Source: a virus
Taxonomy: Duplodnaviria; Caudoviricetes
IMG/VR virus record: IMGVR_UViG_3300032331_001209
Location: 1 to 57,200 of that record
Direction: 5' to 3' (one strand)
DNA: 57,200 nt
In this document: piece by piece, positions 8,938 to 17,700 of the stretch
Layout: every line of letters starts with the position of its first letter
How positions within the stretch are numbered: the stretch's first letter is position 1
Notes under the pieces: generated by a model
Database searches by the model: none
Told to the model about the DNA's origin: nothing
The model's input: only the letters and a program-made list of their open reading frames with translations
Made by a program: the position numbers and the translations under genes

Positions 8938-11900
8938 TCAGTTCCCTGCGGAGAGAAGGAGGTTCTTGGTACGAAACACCCCGACCACCGAGACAGGTGG
9001 GCCGATCAAGGGGTCTGCCACGGCCACCTTGTTGTCGGGGTCGAGGGCCGCGAAACGAGAGAACACCACGAGCACGAGCTCGCCGGGGCGGAACAAGAGG
9101 CTCGTCACGCCTGTGGAAGGCACACGGGCCAGCATGGTCGTGAAGGTCTTGTGCCTCACTGCCCCGGAGAGCGGCTGCGTCATCGCCGTCGGCTTGTAAC
9201 CGAGGTGGTTGGCGTAGTCGTAGAACGCCCGGAACTCGGCGTCGATGGCCGTCCCTCGACCCGCCACGGCGCTGCCAAGGGTCACGAGGTCCGACCCGTC
9301 CATCGGGACCATCGAGTGCAAGGTGAGCGACCCGGTGTCGGCGCTGAAGTCACTCACCGAGACCGTCGCCGTCGCCGCGAAGTACCACTCCTGCGGGAAC
9401 ACCAAGCCCACGTTGGGCGTAGGGATGGGGTCGAGGGGCACCGCGTAGGGGAAGGCGAGTTCTGCACTGCCCGCCCCCGTCTGGGCCGTCCAGAGATGGT
9501 TCGACACCGACAGGGGCTCCAGCACCAGCCCTTCCGGCAGGAGGCTCGTGGGCACCGCCCCTGTCTGGACGCCGCATGTCTGCGGCGCAGTCGTCTGGTA
9601 GTACACGTCGAGGCGGTACCCCGTGCCCGCGTCGGGAATCGGGTCTTGCGGGACGTAGTTCACCACCACGGGGACTTGGGCACCCGCCGCCGGGTTGCTG
9701 GTGATCTTCCGCTCCGAGCTCCCGAGAGTGACACTCACTGGAGGGTTGCCATCCACGGTGAGTCCCGTGAGCGTCTGGATGCGGCGCGGGGTTATCACGA
9801 TGCTGGCGAACATGCCGGTGGACCGGGTGACGAGGGTGTCCGTGATGCTGTTGGACTTCTGCTCCAGCAGCACCTCGCGGAACGGAACCCGGAACTTGGG
9901 CCGGGGCACCCACACCGGGTCCATCTCCGTCGGCCTCTGCGCCGCGTCGTACTGGACGATGGCCCCGCCGTCATACGGCGCGTAACCCGTGCCCGTGTCG
10001 GGGGTGAGCGCAGCACGGGGCGTGCGAGTGAGCCCCGCGCCCGTGGGGTAGGTGACCTCAAGCTCAAGGAAGACGCGCCGCCGCGAGCCGTTGCCCCCCG
10101 GTGCCACGTCCACCAACACGGTGCCCGAGCCCGGTACGTTCACGGTCTGGAGGTTGGCGTCGAGGGTCACGGTGACGACGTTCGTCCCTACCCCGGTCAC
10201 GCTGGAGAACTGCACCTCTTGGTTGACCGGGACGGTGCTGTGCCCGTCGTCGTGGTAGCTCACCAGTACGTCGGTCACGCGGGTGCCCACGGGCCAACTC
10301 CCTGCCACCGTGTTCGGTGCGGGTGCCACGGTCCAATCTTGGAGGGACGAGGTGAGGAGCGCCCCGAAGTCGAGGGCGATGGTGTCGCCCTCCGTCCAGC
10401 CCGTGAGTGAGGCATTGACGACCGTGAATCCCGTGGGGTACGGACCAGCGTTCGGGAGCACCTCAAACACCACCCGCTCGACGACGGGCTGTGACCCGAA
10501 GCGCCGCGCGATGTGGTCGAAGCCCCGGATGCGCTTGCCGAAGACGTTGGCGTTCGGGTCTCCGAAGCGGGCGACCTCGTCGCACACCATTGGGGTGGTG
10601 GACTGACCTCCCGAGCCGCTCCCGATGGTCCCCATGTCCGAGGCGTCCACCTGCCAAGTGAGGTTGGTGGCGTCGAGGAGAGACTGCGTCTGGGCCTTGA
10701 GCTCCGAGGCGTAGTCGTACCCCGGCGGGGTGACGTGGCGACGGAGGTCGAGGATGTCCACCGCACTGATGAGGTCGTGGAACAGACCGTCCGGGCGATC
10801 TGACTTGGTCGCCACGATGGCCACTGGACCCGCGCTGTCGAGGTGCGTGTTGTTGAACCCGAGGTGCGAGGCAGAAATGCCCCCGTTCACGTTCGTCGTC
10901 GGGTTGAACCCACCCGTGAGGGAGGCATCATTGCGTCGGAACACGAAGCAGACCGGGATCGCGTACACGAACCCGTCCGCCGTCCCGAGCGCCGTGGCCG
11001 CACCAGAACTCCCGTCCCCGGCGATGTACAGACCGTTGTCCACGAAGCCGTAGGCCGAGGCGTCCGAGTTGAGGTTGATGGTGCTACCGTCCGCAGGCAC
11101 GAACGGATAGCCCGCCACGGGAGCCCCTTGGGTGCCCTGCGCGAGGACGCTGATGTTGCTGAACCCGTCGGGCTGCGTTTTCGGGCTTACACCCAAGAGC
11201 ACGTCTCCGTAGACACGGAGACGGTACTGGACCTGCACCCGCTGGGTGCTCTCTTGGTTCAGCGCCGGGTCCACCAAGTTGTCCGCGAGGTCCACACCCG
11301 AGGGGGACTCCACGTTGCCGTGACGGTAGATGGTGTCCTGCGTCGGCTTGTTCGGACGGTCCGCGCCACCCGTGAGGTTCGGCCCCGACAGGACGATGGA
11401 GCCCAAGACCGCTTCCGCCCTCGCGAGGGTGACGCCGTTGCCCACGGCCCCGCCCGCCCCTGCCGTGATCTGCACGATGCTGGAACTGTGGGCGTTCGCC
11501 ACGGCGAAGTTCGGGTACAGCGCACTGGCATCGATTGCCGCCGCGAGGTTGATCCCCGTCACGTCCGCGTTCGCGCCGATCTGGAACTGGTTCGCCCCCG
11601 GCACACCCACGACCGCTGTGAAGGTCACGGTGGGGCCACCAATCGCGCCCGTGTTGAGGGTGACGGTGTCCCCCGCAGAAATCGAGAACGGGGCGTTGGC
11701 GATCTGGACATACCCGTAGGCGCGGGGCGACGGTGCCACCTGTGCGCGCCACACCTCCAAGAACACGAAGTCCGTGCGCTTGATGTCCGGGGGCAGACCC
11801 GAGGAAGGGTCTGCCGGGGGGAGCGTGATGAGGTTCTGTCCCGCCGTCGTGGTGTTGGTGTACTCGACCACCACGGGCATCCCCGCCACGTTGGCGAGGA

Positions 11901-12186
11901 GGCGGGAGAGGGCGAAGGTGTCAGCAGGAAACGCAGGGCTGAATCCGTAGTCCCCAAGCGCCGAGGTGATCCCCTGCCTACGGATGAACCCCGAGGGGAG
12001 CACCGAGCCCGAGAGAAGCACCCGGTTGTACTCGCTGGCGTCCTGCGAGAGGTTGAGCTCCGCGTCGAGGATCGGACGCCCCGCTTGGTACACCACCGCG
12101 TCCCACGAGTAATCGGCGGGCGTCAAGTCGCGGGATACCGACGAAGGGACGGCGGGGAGATTGAGATAGCGGTTGAATAGGGGCAT
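8938..12186 (-). CDS. Large baseplate/tail-fibre structural protein, paralog of 51185-56644
   Basis: N-terminal VVYQAGRPILDAELNLSQ; shares RTDFVFLEVW, RVQxQYRxRV, ALGTxDGxVYAIPxCxVFRRN and DILDxRR blocks with the 1819-aa protein. Confidence 0.75.
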   Translation of the reverse strand: MPLFNRYLNLPAVPSSVSRDLTPADYSWDAVVYQAGRPILDAELNLSQDASEYNRVLLSGSVLPSGFIRRQGITSALGDYGFSPAFPADTFALSRLLANVAGMPVVVEYTNTTTAGQNLITLPPADPSSGLPPDIKRTDFVFLEVWRAQVAPSPRAYGYVQIANAPFSISAGDTVTLNTGAIGGPTVTFTAVVGVPGANQFQIGANADVTGINLAAAIDASALYPNFAVANAHSSSIVQITAGAGGAVGNGVTLARAEAVLGSIVLSGPNLTGGADRPNKPTQDTIYRHGNVESPSGVDLADNLVDPALNQESTQRVQVQYRLRVYGDVLLGVSPKTQPDGFSNISVLAQGTQGAPVAGYPFVPADGSTINLNSDASAYGFVDNGLYIAGDGSSGAATALGTADGFVYAIPVCFVFRRNDASLTGGFNPTTNVNGGISASHLGFNNTHLDSAGPVAIVATKSDRPDGLFHDLISAVDILDLRRHVTPPGYDYASELKAQTQSLLDATNLTWQVDASDMGTIGSGSGGQSTTPMVCDEVARFGDPNANVFGKRIRGFDHIARRFGSQPVVERVVFEVLPNAGPYPTGFTVVNASLTGWTEGDTIALDFGALLTSSLQDWTVAPAPNTVAGSWPVGTRVTDVLVSYHDDGHSTVPVNQEVQFSSVTGVGTNVVTVTLDANLQTVNVPGSGTVLVDVAPGGNGSRRRVFLELEVTYPTGAGLTRTPRAALTPDTGTGYAPYDGGAIVQYDAAQRPTEMDPVWVPRPKFRVPFREVLLEQKSNSITDTLVTRSTGMFASIVITPRRIQTLTGLTVDGNPPVSVTLGSSERKITSNPAAGAQVPVVVNYVPQDPIPDAGTGYRLDVYYQTTAPQTCGVQTGAVPTSLLPEGLVLEPLSVSNHLWTAQTGAGSAELAFPYAVPLDPIPTPNVGLVFPQEWYFAATATVSVSDFSADTGSLTLHSMVPMDGSDLVTLGSAVAGRGTAIDAEFRAFYDYANHLGYKPTAMTQPLSGAVRHKTFTTMLARVPSTGVTSLLFRPGELVLVVFSRFAALDPDNKVAVADPLIGPPVSVVGVFRTKNLLLSAGN

Positions 12187-12214
12187 TTCTCGTCGCCTTC
12201 GCCTAGCCGGGGGG

Positions 12215-12229
12215 GATAGGCTTTCTAGC
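12215..12229 (-). promoter_or_regulatory. Putative late promoter (GCTAGAAAGCCTATC)
   Basis: Motif family member in the gap upstream of the 8938-12186 structural gene. Confidence 0.6.
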
Positions 12230-12240
12230 CGTCCACGACA

Positions 12241-13575
12241 CTACATCAGCTTCGCCGCGAGGTCCGCGAGCGGGCTACGGACACCCTCCCCGAGGTAGAC
12301 GGCCCCCGCGAGGGGGCTCTCCCGAGTGGCTTTGGCGGCATGGACCAACCCGTTGCTGAAAGCGTCCAAGAACGGGTCGTCGATCTGCGAGGGGTCACCG
12401 CACAGCACCACCTTGGTGCCCGTCGCGGCACGACTCACCACGGTCTTGACCTCGTGGGGCGTGGCATTCTGAATCTCGTCGAAGAGCATGAACGCGCGGG
12501 GGATCGACCGCCCACGGATCGAGTGCATGGGTTGGATTTCCACCTGCCCCGACTGCACCAGTTGCTCCCAGTTCTTCTCCTTGACGCCCTTGCGGGCGTT
12601 GTCCTTCTTGTCCGTGGCGAACAGTTGGTCGAGGTTGTCGAAGAAGGACATCATCCACGGGTGGAGCTTCTCGGCCTCGCTCCCCGGGAGAAATCCAAGA
12701 TCGCGCCCCATCGGCACCACGGGCTTGGACAGGATGATCTTGTCGTACTGGCGGTCTAGCTGGGAGACCCCCGCCATGAGAGCCATGAGCGTTTTGCCCG
12801 TGCCCGCTGCGCCGAGCAGCACCACCAAGCTGACCTTGGGGTCCATGAGCAGGTCGAGGGCCATGCGCTGCCCGTCGTTCCGGGCGTCGAACTTCAACCG
12901 CCACTTCCCGATGGTACGAAGGGCCGAGCCCGTCCAGCGGAACAGGCGGTGAGACCCGTCCACTTCCGAGAACTTGATGAACTCGTTGGGCCGCACCCCG
13001 GCGAGGTTCACTCCGTCGATTACATCCGGCGGGTCGGCTCCGTAGAAGGGCTGAAGAGCATCCGGGTCCGTGAGCACCCGCTCATGGACGCCCGAGGGAA
13101 CGTCGTTCGGGTCCACCCGGTCTTTCCGGTAGTCCTCTGCCTTCACCCCCTTGGCAGCAGCGAGGATGCGGAGGTTCACGTCCTTGGTGACCAGCACCAC
13201 CACCTTGTCCTTGAACCGCTCTTGGAGGACGAGGGCGCTCCCGAGGATGAGCAAGTCCATCTTGCGAGACAAGGTGGTGTTTTGCAGGCTCTCGAAGTGC
13301 TCGTCCTGCCCGACGACGTAGAACGTGCTCCCGGTCTTGGCCTCCGCGATGCCATCCGGGCTGTTCACGTCACCCTGCGCGATGATGCTGGCGATGCGGC
13401 GAGACGCCACGCGGGCCGAGCTCGCTACCTCCCGGCGCTGACTCACCTTGAGGTCGTCGAGCTCCATCACCACGAAGATTGGGATGGCGACGGAGGTGTC
13501 GCGGAACGCTCGTAGTGACTCTGGGTCGTGGACGAGGACGGACGTGTCGAGGACGTATAGCTTGTTGTTCTTCAC
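12241..13575 (-). CDS. phoH: PIN-domain PhoH family protein (PhoH2/YlaK-like)
   Basis: N-terminal PIN (VLDTSVL...ELDDLK...D...VTKDVNLR); Walker A GAAGTGKT, LGFLPG, IRGRS, DEIQN, GDPSQID. Confidence 0.92.
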   Translation of the reverse strand: MKNNKLYVLDTSVLVHDPESLRAFRDTSVAIPIFVVMELDDLKVSQRREVASSARVASRRIASIIAQGDVNSPDGIAEAKTGSTFYVVGQDEHFESLQNTTLSRKMDLLILGSALVLQERFKDKVVVLVTKDVNLRILAAAKGVKAEDYRKDRVDPNDVPSGVHERVLTDPDALQPFYGADPPDVIDGVNLAGVRPNEFIKFSEVDGSHRLFRWTGSALRTIGKWRLKFDARNDGQRMALDLLMDPKVSLVVLLGAAGTGKTLMALMAGVSQLDRQYDKIILSKPVVPMGRDLGFLPGSEAEKLHPWMMSFFDNLDQLFATDKKDNARKGVKEKNWEQLVQSGQVEIQPMHSIRGRSIPRAFMLFDEIQNATPHEVKTVVSRAATGTKVVLCGDPSQIDDPFLDAFSNGLVHAAKATRESPLAGAVYLGEGVRSPLADLAAKLM

Positions 13576-13584
13576 ATGGCTCCC

Positions 13585-13620
13585 GAGCGTTTGAGGGTGT
13601 GGGAAGAGACCCTCAAGCTC
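13585..13620. other. Intergenic inverted repeat/hairpin
   Basis: GAGC-gt-TTGAGGGT-N10-ACCCTCAA-GCTC between the 13619 stop and the phoH start; no U-tract. Confidence 0.45.
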
Positions 13621-14278
13621 ACGTCGTGAGCCTCCATGTGATCGTGAGCAGCGAGTTCGCGGGCTTTCCCACGATTTGAAAGGTCGTGTAGTTCGCCAAG
13701 ATGTCCAGCGGTGCAGCGGGGGCCGGGTTGAGGGGGATCGTCGGATCGTAGGTCGGGAATACCGCCGGGACCGGGTTGGTCACCAGCGGGTTCGTGGACC
13801 CGGCGCGGATGAGCCCCATCTCGTTGAGCGGACCCACAGCCTCGCTGGCCCCGAATGTCGCCGTGAAGTCCACCACGTTCGTCGGGTAGCTAACCGCCGC
13901 ACCCGTAGAGCTACGGAACTGCGGCGGCGAGAACGGCTTACGGGCGAGCTCGCTGTTGAGCCGCCGTTGCCGGGGGTCGGGCGCGTCCGGGTTGAGCAGC
14001 GGTCCCGTGGCTCCCGTGCCCACGGCGAGCATCGTCAGCCCGCCTTGGTACAGGGGGGTGGGAGACGCGCCCGACGCGAGGAGAATCGCGACGAGGATGC
14101 CACCGTCCAGCGTGACGATGTTCGACTTCTCGCGGTGGTCCAGCACCTCGCCCGTGTCGGCGTCCGTGAGCTCGATGATGTACGTCCCGCGAAGGGAAAT
14201 CACTCCGTCCGTGTGGCCGAAGCTGAAGCCCGACTTGAGGGCCTCCCGGGGCGTGTTGAAATTGTCCTCGTGACGCAT
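13619..14278 (-). CDS. Tail-collar/baseplate-associated structural protein
   Basis: NIVTLDG...LAVGTG...LNSELARKP...FGASEAVGPLNEMGL...LTITWRL resembles phage tail-collar fibre proteins. Confidence 0.7.
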   Translation of the reverse strand: MRHEDNFNTPREALKSGFSFGHTDGVISLRGTYIIELTDADTGEVLDHREKSNIVTLDGGILVAILLASGASPTPLYQGGLTMLAVGTGATGPLLNPDAPDPRQRRLNSELARKPFSPPQFRSSTGAAVSYPTNVVDFTATFGASEAVGPLNEMGLIRAGSTNPLVTNPVPAVFPTYDPTIPLNPAPAAPLDILANYTTFQIVGKPANSLLTITWRLTT

Positions 14279-14291
14279 ACCCACCTCTGGT

Positions 14292-14306
14292 TATAGGCGG
14301 GATACG
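14292..14306 (-). promoter_or_regulatory. Putative late promoter (CGTATCCCGCCTATA)
   Basis: Close to the 34089-34103 and 2300-2314 copies. Confidence 0.55.
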
Positions 14307-14324
14307 CTACCGGGGGAGCGCCCG

Positions 14325-14696
14325 TCACCTTGGGGTCATGCCACTGGGAACTTCCCAGCCTCGCACGAAGTCCTCCCAGTAACCGGGTTGCCACCGAGCG
14401 ATGTAAGGCAGAGCTTTCGTGACGAGCTCCTTCCGTGCGTCCGCCTCTGAGGCAAACAGAACGGGGGTGTCGTCTCTCGAAAAATCCATCGAGTGCTTCC
14501 AGCCATCCCCCGTCCAGAGAGTCTCCCCCTTCCGAGTGACCAGCTTGATCGCGTAGGTGCGGTCAGCCTTCGACCACAGGGAGACGCTGGGGTTGGTCGT
14601 GACTGCCGCCGTCTTGAGGAGGGGTAGGAGATGTGGACGGAGAGCCGGATTGGCATGGGCCAACCGGATGACCTTGGATCGAAGATTGTCGCTCAC
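14325..14696 (-). CDS. Leader-bearing protein 3 (leader + small unknown domain)
   Basis: GAGG SD; begins MSDNLRSKVIRLAHANPALRPHLLPLLKTAA. Confidence 0.8.
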   Translation of the reverse strand: MSDNLRSKVIRLAHANPALRPHLLPLLKTAAVTTNPSVSLWSKADRTYAIKLVTRKGETLWTGDGWKHSMDFSRDDTPVLFASEADARKELVTKALPYIARWQPGYWEDFVRGWEVPSGMTPR

Positions 14697-14717
14697 GGTG
14701 CCTCAATGGCGTGAGGG

Positions 14718-14732
14718 GATAGACCATCTAGC
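14718..14732 (-). promoter_or_regulatory. Putative late promoter (GCTAGATGGTCTATC)
   Basis: Motif family member directly upstream of leader protein 3. Confidence 0.6.
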
Positions 14733-14734
14733 GG

Positions 14735-17700
14735 TCAGCCCCACACCTGTTGCTGGCTCCCGTCCACCCAGACGGTGACCACTCCCGGTGCCGCGCCCGT
14801 TCGCAGGACGAAGAGGGTCTCGCGGAAAGCGGTCCCGTTGTCGGTGCCGCGCACCACGCCCTCCGAGGGACCGACGGCGTAGAGCATCCGAGGTTCGGCA
14901 GTCGTCGTCGGAGACACCTGTCCCGAGAACGGCGCGACCACGCCCGTGACCGGGTTGGTGAACGAGTAGGTGCCGAGCACGCCGCCGTTGAAACCGTTGC
15001 CCGACGCGAACAGGGCGTAGCGGTAGGAGCCGGGACGGACGCCCACGGGAGGGCGGATCATCCCCGAGTAGTTGTCGTTGAGGTAGCTGCCCGCGAAGGT
15101 GAACTCCGTCGTGCCCCACGTCCCGTCCGGGCCGGGGCCACCCTCGCAGTAGGCCGAGAGACGCCCGCTCTGCCCGCCGTTCCCGATCTGGAAGAACTCC
15201 AAGCGTTCGTACAGGTACTCCGGGTCGTCGTCGAAGCGGCGCACGAGGTACTGGTCTCGGAAGCCGTAGTCGGGGTCGAGCGGGACGGCAGTCCCCACCG
15301 GGGCGGGGAGGGCTGGCGTCGGGCCACCGTCTCCCGAGGCCGTCGAGGCGATGTCCGTGGGGATCGTCAGCGTGGGGGTCGTGGTGCCCGTCTGGGACTG
15401 CTGGAACGTCGGCGTCCCCTCGTTCAGAATCGTCTGCGACTCTGGGAACGGTTGCGTCTGGAGGTAGGTGTTGGTGACGGGCCGCGCCGGGGCGAACACC
15501 ACGTTCACCGGGTGGTTCCGGGTCGGCAGGGCCACCGAGAGCGTGATCTCTTGGCTGTCCTTGTTGAACCGCCAGAGGTTCTGCGGGAGGGTCACACCGT
15601 CCACACGCACGGCGAACACCCGGTCCGCGAAGATGTGGCACGGTCGGAGCGACACCCGGAACAGGGTGACGCTGGACACCACCACTTCTTGAGGCGTCGT
15701 GTCCTTGAGGTAGTCCCCCGAGGTGATGACGTTCCAGCGGTTGAGGACCATCCCCTGCGGCGCGCTGTAGTCCACCGAGGTGTTGGTGAACACCCGGTAC
15801 CGCACGTCGTCCCACGTCGAGAGCACCGAGCCCGAGGGATTGAGGGCACCGAAGCGTGCCGCCCCAAACTTCTCCGTGGGGGTCACCCTCGGGAGCTTGG
15901 GATACTCCAGCCGCACCCACCCGGCACTTGGGTCCATTGACTGCGTGGCGAAGTCCCCCGTGTACCCGGGAGGAGCCGTGAGGTCGGGACGGATGAGCGC
16001 CGCGCCGAAGGTCGGGTCGAGGAACACCCGCACCCAGCACCGGGCCGTCCAGTCCATCGAGGTGATAGTCGAGGCGGGGTCGCTGTTCGGGACGTTCATC
16101 CCGTCCGTGCGAGGCAGCACCCAGTTGTCGATGTCTCCCTCGTCGCCCCCGGCGTGAAGGCCCATCGTGCGGTAGAGGTCGGGAATCCCCTCGTCGGTGC
16201 CGCCGTAGCAGACGCTCCGAAGAGAGGCGTTGAACGTCCCGCCTGCCGGGGCGTCGTAGAGAACTTCGACTTGGCCCCCGCCGCCACCGAAGGCGGTGAC
16301 GAGCACCGTGGCTTGGAGCGTCCCCTCGATGAACAGGTCAATCGTGCCCGCCGCCACGTTGTGGACGAGTCGGTAGGTCCGAGCCTCACCATCCTCCCAC
16401 GGGATTGTTACGACGACGACTGCGCCTCCGTTGGGGGCAGGAGAGAGGACAACACCCGTGGCCCGGAAGTCGAGGTACACGGCGTTGCCGCCGAAGGTGC
16501 CAGCGAAGGCGAAGCCACACCGCCCAGACCCATCGAAGGTGTAGCTCGTGATGGCGACGCGGAACTCCAAGAACCGCCCGACGCACGGTGAGTAGTGGGG
16601 CACCAGCGTGCGTTGGAACGACCAAGCGTTCGCCCCGTCCCCCACGAGGAGCATCTCCGGGCCGTTCGGGAAGGCGTTCCCCGCGCTGCCACTCCACCCC
16701 TGTTGGTAGTACGGGATGGAGCCCACCAAGGATACCGTGTCGAGGCGGTAGATGAGCTTCCCGAGGACGCCACGGTCTTGGTACCGAAGGGTCGCCACTC
16801 GCGCCTCGCGGTGCGTGTCCCGAAGCACGAGGGTCGCACCTCCCACGCCCGCTGTGTCTCGCTCCACGGCGAACTTGCCGTCGAGCGCGGAGACGCGCCG
16901 CCCATTGAGGAACGGGTCCGTGTACCCGTAGCCGTAGGAAGTGCCGAGCCCTGCATCCGCCGGGGTGCTGGTGATCGCTACGGTGTCTCCCGATGCCCGG
17001 GTGTCTCCGAAGGGCGTGGCGAGGTACCAATCCCCGTACTCCGGGTCCGTGGCCGTCCCCGTGAAGCCCGAGGGCACCAAGCGTCCGCCGCTGACCGACG
17101 TGACCGTGATGTTGCCACCGGGAGAACCACTGGCGTTCGTCGCAAGAGTGACGATGGACGCCGCGCTCGTGGCCGACAGGTAGTTGGGGGCGAGGATGCT
17201 GGCGTTGATCGCCGCTGCCAAGTTCTCGGTGGTCTCGGCCACCGACGCCCCGATGGCGAAGTTGGTCCCCGCCGTGAGCGTGACCACCGGGCCAAACAAC
17301 GGTGCCGCCGAGGCGTCGATGGTGACGGTGTCCCCGGGAAGGGGCACGGAGACCCTCACCGTGGCCTTGGCCCACTGGGCGTCCACCACCGTCCCGCGAG
17401 AGTAGGTGTACGCGCCGTCGGGCTGGCTCGCCCCACGGACGAAGTCCCACACGGTCCCGTTGACCGCCGCCCGGTCGATGCTCCCCCATACCATGCGGCC
17501 ATAGCCCTCTGGGAGGATGTCCGGGCCGAGGTAGGCGGGGGAGGCCACGATGCTCGTCCCTACCGAGGTGGTCGAGCCGGATTTGCCGCCGAAGACCACG
17601 GAGACTGACTGACTGCGGGTGTTCGCGTACATGCGCCACGTCGAGAGACCCGTGTCCCAAGCCGTGTCGAAGTAGAGGGTCACGTCCCGGTTGCCGAGCA

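Noticed and set aside
6356-9199. 947-aa plus-strand ORF (and similar long ORFs at 9151-10410, 10843-12180, 54767-56692)
   Set aside because: Antisense shadows of high-GC structural genes; Arg/Val/Gly-rich with no motifs.
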